A program made the translations under genes and the position numbers. Shown one piece after another: positions 49,967-60,800 of a DNA stretch of 64,000 bases (the stretch's first letter is position 1; every line of letters begins with the position of its first letter). The notes beneath the pieces are model-generated. The model saw nothing but the letters and a program-made list of their open reading frames with translations. It did no database searches and was not told the DNA's origin. The stretch is from Escherichia virus TH57. The stretch lies in the sequence record MT446422.1; one strand, 5' to 3'.

Positions 49967-50247
49967 TGAATCTTAAACAACTCCAGATTGATGCAATCGA
50001 AGCCCATATTAACCATATTAAACGTCTGAATGTTATGCTGGAAGACAACTGGGGAACTTATGTCAACCAACCGGCCTGGGATGCATTAGACCATGAATAT
50101 ATAAAGAATATTAGTTCCAAGACAATTCATGGAAATATGGAAGGCCTAAAGCCATTCTTGCGTGATATGTATATTGCTACTAATAAAGAAATTATTGGCT
50201 CTTTGGAATATCAATTAAGGAAATTGCATGAACAATCTGGTAGCTAA
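49966..50247 (+). CDS. hypothetical protein (93 aa)
   Basis: ORF track. TAATG overlap. Confidence 0.55.
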   Translation: MNLKQLQIDAIEAHINHIKRLNVMLEDNWGTYVNQPAWDALDHEYIKNISSKTIHGNMEGLKPFLRDMYIATNKEIIGSLEYQLRKLHEQSGS

Positions 50248-50347
50248 ACACGATTTCAATAAGGCATCTGTCCATAAGGACAAGAAGAAAAATTTTAAAG
50301 AGTCCAATCGCAAACAGAAACATAAGGGTAAAGGCTATGATTACTAA
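50228..50347 (+). CDS. small very basic peptide (39 aa)
   Basis: Below the track cutoff. MNNLVAKHDFNKASVHKDKKKNFKESNRKQKHKGKGYDY. Overlaps both neighbours. Confidence 0.35.
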   Translation: MNNLVAKHDFNKASVHKDKKKNFKESNRKQKHKGKGYDY

Positions 50348-50627
50348 ACTCCATACATATCAAGCAACTGAATTGGTTATTCTTATTGATGAGCTTTTTA
50401 AAATCCATGCTTCAGTTCCAGCCGAAATCTATGCAGAAATTCTTTGTGATTTGGATAGCAGCTTTGGCTATATTCAACCGGAATATACAATTAGATTCTC
50501 TAGTGAACGACCTGGCTACGCTAAAGTGGTTTTTGGTCCTGGATTAGATGAAGAACAAGTATTAAGAGAAATTCAAGAAGAAATTGATGATTTTGGTTTA
50601 GAAGATTACATCGAGGAATCACTATGA
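50337..50627 (+). CDS. arn: acidic protein (96 aa); positional candidate for Arn (anti-McrBC DNA mimic)
   Basis: Strongly acidic (EEQVLREIQEEIDDFGLEDYIEESL). Size near T4 Arn (92 aa) and located between motA and asiA. Sequence identity not verified. Confidence 0.4.
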   Translation: MITKLHTYQATELVILIDELFKIHASVPAEIYAEILCDLDSSFGYIQPEYTIRFSSERPGYAKVVFGPGLDEEQVLREIQEEIDDFGLEDYIEESL

Positions 50628-50788
50628 GTCATAACTTAGAGAACACCATCACTGGCCAACGTACACACGAATCGACTTGCTTTGATGAATTCCTGGGAGC
50701 CGATTTTAAGTTCCAGGAACCAGTTGAACAGATGTATCAGGAATATGTTGTACAGATGGAAAATCATGTGTACAACCCAGAGGAATAA
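50624..50788 (+). CDS. small hypothetical protein (54 aa), position of T4 asiA.1
   Basis: Below the track cutoff. ATGA overlap. MSHNLENTITGQRTHESTCFDEFLGADFKFQEPVEQMYQEYVVQMENHVYNPEE. Confidence 0.45.
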   Translation: MSHNLENTITGQRTHESTCFDEFLGADFKFQEPVEQMYQEYVVQMENHVYNPEE

Positions 50789-50797
50789 TAGTACAAT
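50768..50797 (+). promoter_or_regulatory. early promoter (asiA)
   Basis: GTGTACA 50768-50774, 17-nt spacer, TACAAT 50792-50797. Confidence 0.5.
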
Positions 50798-50846
50798 ATC
50801 CTTACTGAATAATTGAATGTCTTATTGAATACTTGAGTAAATTAAA

Positions 50847-51122
50847 ATGACTAAATTTGAAATTGTTTCTGAAATTGTTACTATAACTTCAATTTTGATT
50901 AAAACCGACCGGGAAGATATTACGATGAAGCGTGATGTGTTTATCGCGTTTTTGAATGAGTTGGGATTAAGGAATGAGAATGGTAATGAGTTAAACAATG
51001 TATCGTTTAACAAGTTGTTTAAAAGTTTATCTGAAGATGAAATTGAACAAATCATTGAACAATTTAACGAAGGATTCGAAGATATACACCGATATCTGAT
51101 GATGTATACCTCCGGATTCTAA
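50847..51122 (+). CDS. asiA: Anti-sigma-70 factor AsiA
   Basis: 91 aa. EIVTITSILIKTDREDI...FIAFLNELG...IIEQFNEGFEDIHRYLMMYT parallels recalled T4 AsiA (EIITVASILIKFSREDI...FIAFLNEIG...LIDEFNEGFEGVYRYLEMYT). Confidence 0.92.
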   Translation: MTKFEIVSEIVTITSILIKTDREDITMKRDVFIAFLNELGLRNENGNELNNVSFNKLFKSLSEDEIEQIIEQFNEGFEDIHRYLMMYTSGF

Positions 51123-51772
51123 CGTGTACGCCCGAGCGTACGACCTGCTTGCCCACACATAGCAGAAAGCCTATCAAAACTAAGGTCGGGTTTTTGCTTA
51201 TACCAGTACAGCGAGACTGTACCTGCATAAACGTTTTCCAAATTAAAGAATGGGCAGCTGAACATATATTCGAAGCTGCTTTTTTTCTTTGTTGGTAAGA
51301 ATACAGATTCCGTGCCGGATTCAAAATAATTACCATTAACCCCCGCCAAATATTCCGCTGAAGTTTTATCTATTGGAAACCCACCCAAGTTTTTTTCGTC
51401 GACTGTATCAGGTAATATCCCCTCATAACCCACCATATCCACGAAGTAGTTAAGGTTAGTTGGTCTAAAAGAATATATTGCTGTAAAGTCTGCCCCACTT
51501 GATGAGTGAACTATCTGGATTTGCTCGATAGCTGCAATTTTAAATCTGTTATCCTGGTCTTGCCTTATCATTTCTGTGTACGAGGCATATGAAGCATCCC
51601 TATACGCATCTAAAATTGCATCACCTTTATACCAGATTACCGCCATTAAAAATAATAGAACAATAACTAGTACCCGGGAAAAAACAACTTTCCCGGTTGC
51701 ATTATCTTTAAAAATTCTATCAAGAAGTCCAAAAAGTAGGTCGGGTATTGAGATTCCTACTTTTGGTTCCAT
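51119..51772 (-). CDS. t: Holin T
   Basis: 217 aa. DLLFGLLDRIFKDNATGKV, one TM segment, YSFRPTNLNYFVD, YMFSCPFFNLENVYAGT match recalled T4 holin. TATAAATA lies 18 nt upstream. Confidence 0.95.
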   Translation of the reverse strand: MEPKVGISIPDLLFGLLDRIFKDNATGKVVFSRVLVIVLLFLMAVIWYKGDAILDAYRDASYASYTEMIRQDQDNRFKIAAIEQIQIVHSSSGADFTAIYSFRPTNLNYFVDMVGYEGILPDTVDEKNLGGFPIDKTSAEYLAGVNGNYFESGTESVFLPTKKKSSFEYMFSCPFFNLENVYAGTVSLYWYKQKPDLSFDRLSAMCGQAGRTLGRTR

Positions 51773-51790
51773 ACTTTTCTCCTTTAAAGA

Positions 51791-51798
51791 TATTTATA
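51791..51798 (-). promoter_or_regulatory. late promoter (holin t)
   Basis: The + strand reads TATTTATA, so TATAAATA on the - strand, 18 nt before the t start. Confidence 0.75.
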
Positions 51799-51812
51799 AT
51801 GCTTTTGCGTTA

Positions 51813-52358
51813 TTATTTTTTAAACAATCCTTTGAAGAATGATTTTTTCTCTTTCTCTGGCCAAGCCGGGAATTCACCACCAAGGTGTTCGTGTTTTTCT
51901 AAAAGAGCAAAGAAACGTTTAAGATTCTGGTGATAGAATTTTTCTTTCTTATCGGCGACTGAGGCTTCAACCATATTACTTAATACCTGGAATTCTTTAT
52001 ACAAATCGTCAATTTTTCGATTACGAATTAAAACGCGTTTATAGGTTTCGTCTTCTTTCCAGCCATCGTCGGTCCACACATCAAATTCACCAGGCTCGTC
52101 AAAAGATATACCGACTGGGCTTCCTATGTCATTTATTAAGATTTCTTCTTTATTAAAAGTCCATGCACGTTTGCCTCGATGGTCTTCTTCATAAATCCAA
52201 TCTTGAACGCGTTCATCAAATACAACGGCGAAACCTTCTTTAGGTTCCAATGGTTCCTTTGTGGTTGAGTGAGCCGGGAGACCAAGACCTTTAATGGGTT
52301 TATAATTTTCTTCTTTGTAAAATTCTTTTGTGTCAAAATAAAAATGATAAATTTTCAT
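51813..52358 (-). CDS. 38: Tail-fibre assembly chaperone gp38 (T4 type)
   Basis: MKIYHFYFDTKEFYKEENYKPIKGLGLPAHST... is near-identical to recalled T4 gp38 (183 aa). ATG at 52358 (the track adds 2 codons from a TTG). Confidence 0.93.
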   Translation of the reverse strand: MKIYHFYFDTKEFYKEENYKPIKGLGLPAHSTTKEPLEPKEGFAVVFDERVQDWIYEEDHRGKRAWTFNKEEILINDIGSPVGISFDEPGEFDVWTDDGWKEDETYKRVLIRNRKIDDLYKEFQVLSNMVEASVADKKEKFYHQNLKRFFALLEKHEHLGGEFPAWPEKEKKSFFKGLFKK

Positions 52359-52362
52359 ATTC

Positions 52363-52380
52363 AAAAGGGGCCGAAGCCCC
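52363..52380 (-). terminator. hairpin/attenuator between genes 37 and 38
   Basis: On the - strand: GGGGC-TTCG-GCCCC then TTTT, 4 nt before the gene 38 ATG. Confidence 0.5.
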
Positions 52381-52386
52381 CTCTCC

Positions 52387-55300
52387 TTATGCTAAACGAA
52401 CGATATAGTTAAAAGCAATGTTTTTAACCGTGTTTTCTGTATTACCTGTACTATTTACAGTGATAGTATGACCGTGCGAACCAATTGCTACCGAGTGGGT
52501 ATGAGCACCAATACCTACAGTATGTGTATGGGCACCAATACCTACAGTATGCGCGTGGTTACCTGTGGTACTTGTGGTTCCTGACCAAGAGTGGGTATGA
52601 GCACCATCATTTGATGTTTTACCAATAGAGCTACTAATACCGATAACACTGGTTGAATTAAATCCAGTCATACCAGACGAGGCAGATACTGAATTAACAC
52701 CGTCTGGAAATAACCCGTTTGGATTATTTCCACTCGAATATCTAGGACCTGAACGAGCGTGCTGGTGAGCACCGGCTGAACTGGTAGTACCACTTACTGT
52801 ATGGTTATGGTTGCCAGTAGTATTACTGGTTTTAGTACCATAGTCAAAACTTGAAGAGGTCTTAGTGCCATAATCAAAGCTTGATGTAGTTTTAGTACCT
52901 AAATCAGTATTAGATGCTGAAGCACTATGGTTATGAGCCTTAACACCATCAGCTTCGGCACTCAACACCGCACGTCCACTTGGTTTACCTTTAATAGTCT
53001 GCCCGCGCATATCCGGAATAGTACCTGTAGGATATGCAACAGCAAGCTTAGGATAAGCACCTGTATCAAAGGTCTGACCTTCCATCAAAGCAAATCCAGC
53101 AGGAACTGAATCACTTGGCCACGGAATCGGAGCGCCAACAGGATAAGGTATCTGAGCATCGGAGTACATCATATACACTTGTCCACGCAGATGACCGGTA
53201 GGTAATTCTGTCACAGGTGTTTGATATCCACCATTAAGTCCAATTACCGAAATATAACGGGTATTTTCCGTGGCGTCATATTCAACTATAAGTTTGTCTG
53301 CATAAGTCCCGGCATACAGATAAACATCATAATCATCACCGGAGGTATTAATTGTTGCTATATTAGTAAATCCATTACCCGTGCGCCCCCATAAGGTAGC
53401 GTTAATACCTTTAGGATTGTCATTACTGGTACGAAGAACTACTTCAGTAATTGTAGCCTGTTCCGGTGAATTTACATTGTATCCATTACCACCTATAATC
53501 TTAAATTGAGCAGTTGATACCGACTGTGGCATAGTTACAGTAGCAAATTTATACCAACCTGCAGTTGAACTACCAGACCAAGTGCCAACATTAACTTTAC
53601 GGTCTAAAGTAGTGTTCAGGTTTTTAAAGTTTTCTAATGCAGTGCTGCCTGTAATATTACCGTCAGGACCAATACGAACATCGGAACCAATTTTAAGTGC
53701 CTTGGTTATATCAACAGTATCAGAGTTTAATGCAATACCATGGGAGTAGGTATAGTTATGTAAACGAACAACGTTGCCGCCGTCGCCGATACCGAGATAC
53801 CATTTTGTAACATCTGCTTTACGACCCTGGATAAAGTTGGATGACGCCTGAGAAGAAGCATTTACCACAATGGCGTCGGAATCCATATTAACACGCAATC
53901 TACAGTCGGTCTGAACAAATTTACTTACGTTGTCTACTGTAAAAAGTGGACCGCCTGTAGAAGTTTTATTACCCATTATAACCGTGCCATTAGCCAAATT
54001 AATGGAAAGCGGGCGAAGGTCGCTTATTCCACCGTTTTCACCGGCATTCTGAAGAGTAGGAATAAGATGGAATGAAGCAGAAGAACCTGTTTCTGAACGA
54101 CGGAAAATCATACCATATTCAGCGTTCCAAATTCTTAATGCATCTGCGGTACCGCCCATTTTAACTTGGCCGTTAATTGAGGCCCCACCTTGGACAAACA
54201 AACCGTTAGACATAGTAACATTGCCACCAAAAGAACCCTTACCTGAAGCGGTAATATCACCAAGACCAACGATATGACCTGTTTCAACAGTTCCATTAAA
54301 CTTAAAGTTGACAGGGCCAACACCATCTGCAACGGCAGGGTTTGTACGTTGGGCATAAAAATAATAACCTTGTGAATCTGAAACTTCCCATACTGTTTCA
54401 CGATTACCTTTTTCGGCGTTAAATGAGTTACCCCATGCCTTAATTGTAACTGTATTTTTGTTCTGGCCATTTCGGGTACCAGCGTCCCAGTTAATTGTTT
54501 TAGTACCATCTACACCGGAAGGAGCTTTAAATGATAATGCATTGGTATTGTCATCACCGTTTAAAAATAAACCAGTACGCATAGAAATGCGATTGGTAGA
54601 GTCAAATGTACCATCTGCTCTAATAGCAACTCTATTGGACCCGGTTTTAACATCTAAAATACCTGGCTCAACAAGAAGCCCGTCGCCCATACTAACAGAC
54701 ATACGACCTTGGCCACGGAAATAGTGATACATCTTTGCATTGCTGCTATAACCGATATGAGTCTGACCATCACCATTATTATTACCGTCGACATCAGTGC
54801 GCGCGGTAAACATTGCCTGATTGCTATTAGGGAAATCCCATGTAGTACCAGAATCACGGCTATAACCAACCATCAATTTCTTAGTGCTGTTAATACCGTT
54901 GTTCAAAACGGTAGCAGATGAAATACCGTTGGCCATCAGGTCATAAACGCCATCACGAACCCATTTAATACCGGTGTCATTATCACCAATTGCAATACCG
55001 ATAGAAATGGCAGAATCTAAAGGATAGCGTCCATTTGTACCATTATCCGGAAGACCTACAGAAATTGATTTACCCGCAGTAATACGTCCGGAGTTATCAA
55101 ACGCCCATTGGAAAGATGAAGGACCCACACCAGTCCACCAAGAAATTTCTTGTGGTTTACCTTTGCGACAATCAGCAATTTCATGGAAAATACTTGATGC
55201 ACTTGATGCACGCAATTTACGCAAATAGTTTAAACCATTAGTAGTATCATCAGAACCATCGGCAGGCGGGTTATAAACCCAAGTAGGTAAAGAAACCCAG

Positions 55301-55947
55301 TCGTATCCTATATTTGCATTAGCTACAAATGATTTTGTACTGAAATTAATATTTTTGGTAACAATTTCAGGACCGGTGATAATACCATTAGCCGAATTTA
55401 TGTTGCCTGATGCAGAAATATTACCTGCTGATACCATTAAACTACCGGTATCAACTTGAAAATTACCATTACGATTAAAGGTCCAATATTTTGAATCACC
55501 AGCTTCATTAATATAGTGGAATTTAAAACTACCTTCCGAAACTAATGTGCCTGCTGAAAATGTTCCATCTTTAAAGCGTTGTTTAATCAGTGGGTTGTAT
55601 TCTGAAGTAGATGCAGCCGCACTTAAATCAGCAAAAATAGGAGCTTTGGCACTGTGCTGGCCTGCCCAAGAGCCACTACCTGTCGTACGATAGTTAAATT
55701 CTATATAACCACCAGAGGCAACAATTTCAGGACCGTTTAAATTCAGGGTCCCGTTAATAGTTACATTTCCATCAACCTGTCCACCCTTTGCAAAGCCTAA
55801 ATCAATAATCTGTCCTTGGTCTGACTTAGTAAAAATGGTACGGTCACGCAAGTTAATAGCCAGTTCACCTTCATCTAACTGGGCTGCAGTAGGCTTGGCT
55901 CCTGCTATTTTACTTCTTTTAAATTGTATCGATTTTAAAGTAGCCAT
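52387..55947 (-). CDS. 37: Long tail fibre distal subunit gp37 (receptor-recognising)
   Basis: 1186 aa. N-terminus [17 protein letters not shown]-terminal HxH iron-binding repeats ([36 protein letters not shown]) and [16 protein letters not shown] end, as recalled for T4 gp37 (1026 aa). Confidence 0.96.
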   Translation of the reverse strand: MATLKSIQFKRSKIAGAKPTAAQLDEGELAINLRDRTIFTKSDQGQIIDLGFAKGGQVDGNVTINGTLNLNGPEIVASGGYIEFNYRTTGSGSWAGQHSAKAPIFADLSAAASTSEYNPLIKQRFKDGTFSAGTLVSEGSFKFHYINEAGDSKYWTFNRNGNFQVDTGSLMVSAGNISASGNINSANGIITGPEIVTKNINFSTKSFVANANIGYDWVSLPTWVYNPPADGSDDTTNGLNYLRKLRASSASSIFHEIADCRKGKPQEISWWTGVGPSSFQWAFDNSGRITAGKSISVGLPDNGTNGRYPLDSAISIGIAIGDNDTGIKWVRDGVYDLMANGISSATVLNNGINSTKKLMVGYSRDSGTTWDFPNSNQAMFTARTDVDGNNNGDGQTHIGYSSNAKMYHYFRGQGRMSVSMGDGLLVEPGILDVKTGSNRVAIRADGTFDSTNRISMRTGLFLNGDDNTNALSFKAPSGVDGTKTINWDAGTRNGQNKNTVTIKAWGNSFNAEKGNRETVWEVSDSQGYYFYAQRTNPAVADGVGPVNFKFNGTVETGHIVGLGDITASGKGSFGGNVTMSNGLFVQGGASINGQVKMGGTADALRIWNAEYGMIFRRSETGSSASFHLIPTLQNAGENGGISDLRPLSINLANGTVIMGNKTSTGGPLFTVDNVSKFVQTDCRLRVNMDSDAIVVNASSQASSNFIQGRKADVTKWYLGIGDGGNVVRLHNYTYSHGIALNSDTVDITKALKIGSDVRIGPDGNITGSTALENFKNLNTTLDRKVNVGTWSGSSTAGWYKFATVTMPQSVSTAQFKIIGGNGYNVNSPEQATITEVVLRTSNDNPKGINATLWGRTGNGFTNIATINTSGDDYDVYLYAGTYADKLIVEYDATENTRYISVIGLNGGYQTPVTELPTGHLRGQVYMMYSDAQIPYPVGAPIPWPSDSVPAGFALMEGQTFDTGAYPKLAVAYPTGTIPDMRGQTIKGKPSGRAVLSAEADGVKAHNHSASASNTDLGTKTTSSFDYGTKTSSSFDYGTKTSNTTGNHNHTVSGTTSSAGAHQHARSGPRYSSGNNPNGLFPDGVNSVSASSGMTGFNSTSVIGISSSIGKTSNDGAHTHSWSGTTSTTGNHAHTVGIGAHTHTVGIGAHTHSVAIGSHGHTITVNSTGNTENTVKNIAFNYIVRLA

Positions 55948-55955
55948 AATGCCTC

Positions 55956-56615
55956 TTAATAATATCCAAAATCTTCAGATGTGCCTCTAAGAACAACCTG
56001 GTCGATACGAGGAACGTGTTCGTTCAATGTACCTGGGTTCCTAGATATGAAATTCGGGGCTGAAAGAACGCCAGCCATAGATTGTATGCTACTATTATTT
56101 ATTTGGACCTGTTTTGCGTTATCCACATCACTTAATCCAACTTGTGCTTTTGACGGAGTATTCCCTGGAGAAAACACTCGACCTGATTCGTCTTTAATTT
56201 GACGACCAAGGATATCACCCATTACAGTAAGACGGTTTGCACCTACAACAGTAGTCGGGTCGAAAATTACAAACGGTGTTCCATCCGATGTCTCAAGACC
56301 CAGACCTTTGCTCATTCTAAATGAGAAAGAATATGTAGCAGACATTGGGGATGTATTGGTTTTTCTACCCAATTTAACCCAATACCCATCGGAATCTTTA
56401 AATTGTAAGTCTTTATCAAAGTTTACTGTACTTAAATAATTCCCACCATTAGCTTTAGAAACAAAGTCGTTATCTGCTGCTTGCGGTTTATTGAATTCTG
56501 TATATACTTTATATGTTTTGTAAAATAAATCATTGCTTACTGGCGTCAACGGAAAGTTGCCCTGGTGCCAGATAACTGAGCCCCCAGTCGTTGAGCCTAC
56601 TCTTAAATCGGCCAT
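55956..56615 (-). CDS. 36: Long tail fibre distal connector gp36
   Basis: 219 aa. [23 protein letters not shown]...DFGYY matches recalled T4 gp36 termini. Confidence 0.93.
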   Translation of the reverse strand: MADLRVGSTTGGSVIWHQGNFPLTPVSNDLFYKTYKVYTEFNKPQAADNDFVSKANGGNYLSTVNFDKDLQFKDSDGYWVKLGRKTNTSPMSATYSFSFRMSKGLGLETSDGTPFVIFDPTTVVGANRLTVMGDILGRQIKDESGRVFSPGNTPSKAQVGLSDVDNAKQVQINNSSIQSMAGVLSAPNFISRNPGTLNEHVPRIDQVVLRGTSEDFGYY

Positions 56616-56640
56616 AATATTCCCCTTTATTAGATAAGAG

Positions 56641-56648
56641 TATTTATA
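56641..56648 (-). promoter_or_regulatory. late promoter (genes 36-37-38)
   Basis: TATAAATA on the - strand, 25 nt before the gene 36 start. Confidence 0.8.
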
Positions 56649-56651
56649 ATG

Positions 56652-56671
56652 AAAAAAGGACCCGAAGGTCC
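56652..56671 (-). terminator. rho-independent terminator after gene 35
   Basis: On the - strand: GGACC-TTCG-GGTCC plus T6. Confidence 0.75.
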
Positions 56672-57808
56672 TTATTCTTTTTCACGGAATTCTGCAGCAA
56701 ATACAAATCCAGATTGACTGGACCTTGTTGCATTTTTATCATTCAATTGTGCAATGACATTACCAAGATTTCCCGGTTCTCCAGCTACAACCATTCTTAT
56801 GCCGTTGACACCGATTTCTGCAGATTTAGCTTGTGTTTCTTGTCGAGCGATTTCTGTAAAGAAAATATTCCTTACTCCACCTTGCCCTGCAGCAGCGGTC
56901 TTCCTTGCGTACAGTGTAAATCCATCGGCATTCGGTGGAACAACTACATAACGTTCAAACGTCATCCATGCACCAGCCGGTGGGCTTGCTTGACCCGTAG
57001 CAGGAATATCATAATCGTTTGACTGAATCATAGTCTGTCCATTAAAGAATCGAACAGACATCTGAGTTGTTCCAAGGTCTTTAAGTGCCTGGTCATATGT
57101 CAGTTGAAACTTCAGGTAAAAAGTATCACCCGGAGCCATATTATAATCGGCCGCAGGAGTGATGGGAGAGTCTGTGGGGAAACGTTTTATTTCTTGTGTA
57201 CTATTACTGTAATATGTGTTTTCGTCTTCCACGACGCGCAGAGGGAATCCTGTGCCGCCCACATCAGCAAAGTCGTCATACACCATTTCCAATGGAGTCA
57301 ATACATCCTCAACAGTTACCCCGTCATTATACAACACATGCTCTTTAACGATTGCATTTCGACCAGTTATATAAAAAGCCGAATACGAAGTATCAACTTG
57401 GTCAATCAACCACTTATCCGGAAATGCAGTCGAGCCGTGTGTTCTGAACCAATCAATTAAAGTTTGAGAAGCATTCAATTTCCCCTGTGATATCAAACAA
57501 ACAATCCTACCCGCTGGAATGGAATTAATATAAGTCACAAATGCCTGTGAAATGACATCATAGTCTTTTGTGAAGCCATAGTTTTTAGTTGCAGTGATTG
57601 TATTTGTTACTGGGTCAATCTCAATAAGGTTTAATCCATTTTGGAAGTTCTGAGGCCCGAAGGCCTCATCTTGAAACTTAACGTAGGGATAGTTTGGCGA
57701 TTTGGTACAAGTCCCTGCAATCGACAATTTATATCTTACTGCGTTATTTTCAGAAAGCACGGGAACTTGGACATATCCCTGTCCAAATTCTGCCATCAAT
57801 CTTTCCAT
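56672..57808 (-). CDS. 35: Long tail fibre hinge protein gp35
   Basis: 378 aa. MERLMAEFGQGYVQ... and GVNGIR... match recalled T4 gp35. Confidence 0.92.
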   Translation of the reverse strand: MERLMAEFGQGYVQVPVLSENNAVRYKLSIAGTCTKSPNYPYVKFQDEAFGPQNFQNGLNLIEIDPVTNTITATKNYGFTKDYDVISQAFVTYINSIPAGRIVCLISQGKLNASQTLIDWFRTHGSTAFPDKWLIDQVDTSYSAFYITGRNAIVKEHVLYNDGVTVEDVLTPLEMVYDDFADVGGTGFPLRVVEDENTYYSNSTQEIKRFPTDSPITPAADYNMAPGDTFYLKFQLTYDQALKDLGTTQMSVRFFNGQTMIQSNDYDIPATGQASPPAGAWMTFERYVVVPPNADGFTLYARKTAAAGQGGVRNIFFTEIARQETQAKSAEIGVNGIRMVVAGEPGNLGNVIAQLNDKNATRSSQSGFVFAAEFREKE

Positions 57809-57816
57809 AATACCTC

Positions 57817-60800
57817 TTATGGTGTATCAATCCATTCGAATTTAACGGATTTGGTTACTGGGTCCGGAACAATACGTACATTACCGATTCTTAACCAATC
57901 TCTGATAGTCAGGTTACTCATCGATGCATTATCAGAAGGCAATGCACCGATATCCGAAGGCTGAGGAGGGTTACCACCATCAAATACCTGAACAAAACCT
58001 GACCATGCGTTTTTGTTCTGCTGCCATGTACGAGTCCAGCGAGTAGTGCTTCCATCTGCTGTGTTTGGATAGGTAATCCAATCCTGGTAAAGTGAATTCA
58101 GCGTGTTACCAAACTGGGTCAAAGTACCCGGAGACTTAACTTCTTCACCACGAACCAGATAAGGCAGACCAGTTACTTCGTTGGTCTTTTCAACCATTTT
58201 GAAATAACCTGGGAACTGATTATATGTGGCTGAATCGTTAATGTCGATAGACCAAAAACCTGCATTATCCATTGTAGGTTTTCTGCTATAGATGTCAGAA
58301 GTCTTATCTCCTGTAACCCTTGCATATTTCTGAACAGCTAAGCCGTTGTTAAGTGTAGCTTTGTTGCTTACCGTAAGGAAGTTGTTAATAGTAACAGCGC
58401 CTTCGAATCTAGATTCACTATTAGCAACTAGCCCTGTGGTTGTGATACCAGAAGCTTTAGTAACACTAAGACCGCCGTTAATTATAGCAGACCCATTACC
58501 AAGAACAAAATTACCTGCAGTTATTTCTAAATCACCATTCCGTCTAAAGGTCCATTTGCGCTGGGGTTTTACCGAATCTATATAATGAAGAATAAAAGCA
58601 CCTTCATCATTTGAGGTGGGTTCATTTATCAATGTGCCAAAGGTAAATGTCCCATCTTTATAACGTTGCTTAATTAAAGGAACGTATCTAGATGAGCCAG
58701 ACGGAGTAGTTATATTTAAAAATACAGGAGCTTTAACATTACTATCGTGTTGAGAGTTCCAAGTACCCGAGCCTTGAGATTCTGAAGTGAACTCAATGTA
58801 ATTCAGAGCACCTACTGTAGAATTGCTATTGATTGTAGTAGCACCAGTTAATGTGGTATTATTTGAAGTAACAGAACCACTCAAATTAACTACGCCAGTA
58901 ACTGTCAAAGTACTTTCAATTCTTACAGGCTGTTTAAATGTCATAGTAGCGTTAATATCCTGGGCTACATCACGACGAATAAACTGGGTTGAATCCAGGT
59001 TGTCCAATTTATCAGAGTCTACCGCTTTAGCCAAACGCGGCAGGAAGTTACCAAGGGTTTTGTTTAACTCATACGGAGAGATAGCATAGCTATTTTTCTC
59101 GTACAGGTCAAGAGCCTGAGTAGAACCTGCAGTTGCATTACCGACAAAAGTAATTGCGCCTTCAGACATCTTAGCAAAGCCGCGGGTCGTCGTGGTTGCT
59201 GCCCATGTTGGTTCGGACTGCGCAATCCATTTCAGACTAACAGGAGAAACAGCCAGAACAGAACTTGTTCCTGCGATAGTTTCTGCACGAGTAGCGATGC
59301 GAACAATACCTTCGGTGTCTTCTGTAGCTTTTTTCGACATCAACTTAAGCGGAGTAACGATAGTTTTATCATCAGTACCCGTGTTTACTTCCAACTGAGT
59401 AGCCAGTCTTGCGGTGCCACGTTGAGTCTCATTTGCTTCAAGAATATTCAGCGTATAATGGTCCCAGAGCGTCCCTGTTTCTACTAAACCACTTGCTGCA
59501 ATAACAGAAGTACGAGCAGTATTATTAAATCTAGTTTTAATTTTTAATGGCGTTGCAATACGAGTATCATCTGTACCAGTATCAAATTCTGATTGCGTAG
59601 CAATCTCGGCTATGCCGGATAATGATTCTGTTGCTTTACGGTCATTCAACGTTTTAGGAGTTACAGCTCTGGTATAATCAGTACCGGCATTAGTTTCAAC
59701 CTGAGTTGCAATCTCGATTAAACCGTGGTTTGAATCTGTTGCTCTGCGGGCACCTAATGTTTCAGGAGTCACGACCGAGTTACTGAATCCTATATTTGTT
59801 GCACCAGCGTTAACTTCTGACTGAGTTGCTAGATATACAGCACCTTGGTTATTCTGGTCAGCTTTATATTGGTCTAAAGCTTTAGGAGAAATAACTAAAT
59901 TAGTTGTATTTTTGTTATAAACGTTGGTACCAACAGTTATACGGCTTGCCGCTGGAGTAGTCCCGGTAGTAGGAACATACTTAACGATACCAGATAGGCT
60001 TTCTGAGCCCTGACGAGCTTGTAGCTTACGCGGAGTGATGATGGTAGTATCATCAGTGCCTGCATCAGTTTCTTGTTGTGTGGCGATTTCTGCAAGCCCA
60101 CGTCTTGTTTCTGTGGCTGTACGTTCGTTTAACTTTTTCGGAGAGACGATGATGTCGTCCTGGAAAGCAAAAGTCGTATCCTGATTCACCTGGGCAGTGT
60201 TAGCAATTCGCGCAATACCACGACGTGATTCAGTGGCCACACGGTTAGCTAAAGTCTGCGGGGTAATCGCTAATTCTTTTTCAGGGTTATTTTCATGGTC
60301 AACGTTAGCCTGAGCCTGGTTGGCCAGTGCAATAACACCCAAACGAGCACGAGTCAAATCATCTTTCGAGTCAACACGTTCAACAGTCGGAACGTTCTGA
60401 GCAACAACCCAGTAGTTAATGTTATTATCTGTATCTTCAAGATAACTTAATTCGATAACCGGAGTATAGCTTATATTGCCATTGAAAGTCAGAGAGTCAA
60501 CCAGTACCCATTCAGTATCAGGTGGATATTCCGAACGTTTCGGGAACTGAAGCAGTTGAACAGAAGACGCGATTTTATCAGTAGCCGAAGCTTTAATATT
60601 AACAGTCTGTGCCTTGCGAAGATAGTTCAGAGCAATCTTAACTACGTCCCCAGAACGAACCCCCGTCGGAAGGTCGATGTTAATTGTCTGTGAAGTGTTG
60701 TTATCATTACCAAACACGATGATACTTTCATTTGGCAGCAATTTCACACTGTCACGAATTACGCGCAAGCGAGTTTTATTATCACCGTCCCAGGGTACCC

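Noticed and set aside
54135-54869. Alternative-frame ORFs within gene 37 (54135-54509, 54654-54869) and within gene 34 (61164-61541)
   Set aside because: Nested in long tail-fibre genes, with no start context. Repetitive Gly/Thr/Ser coding generates open alternative frames.
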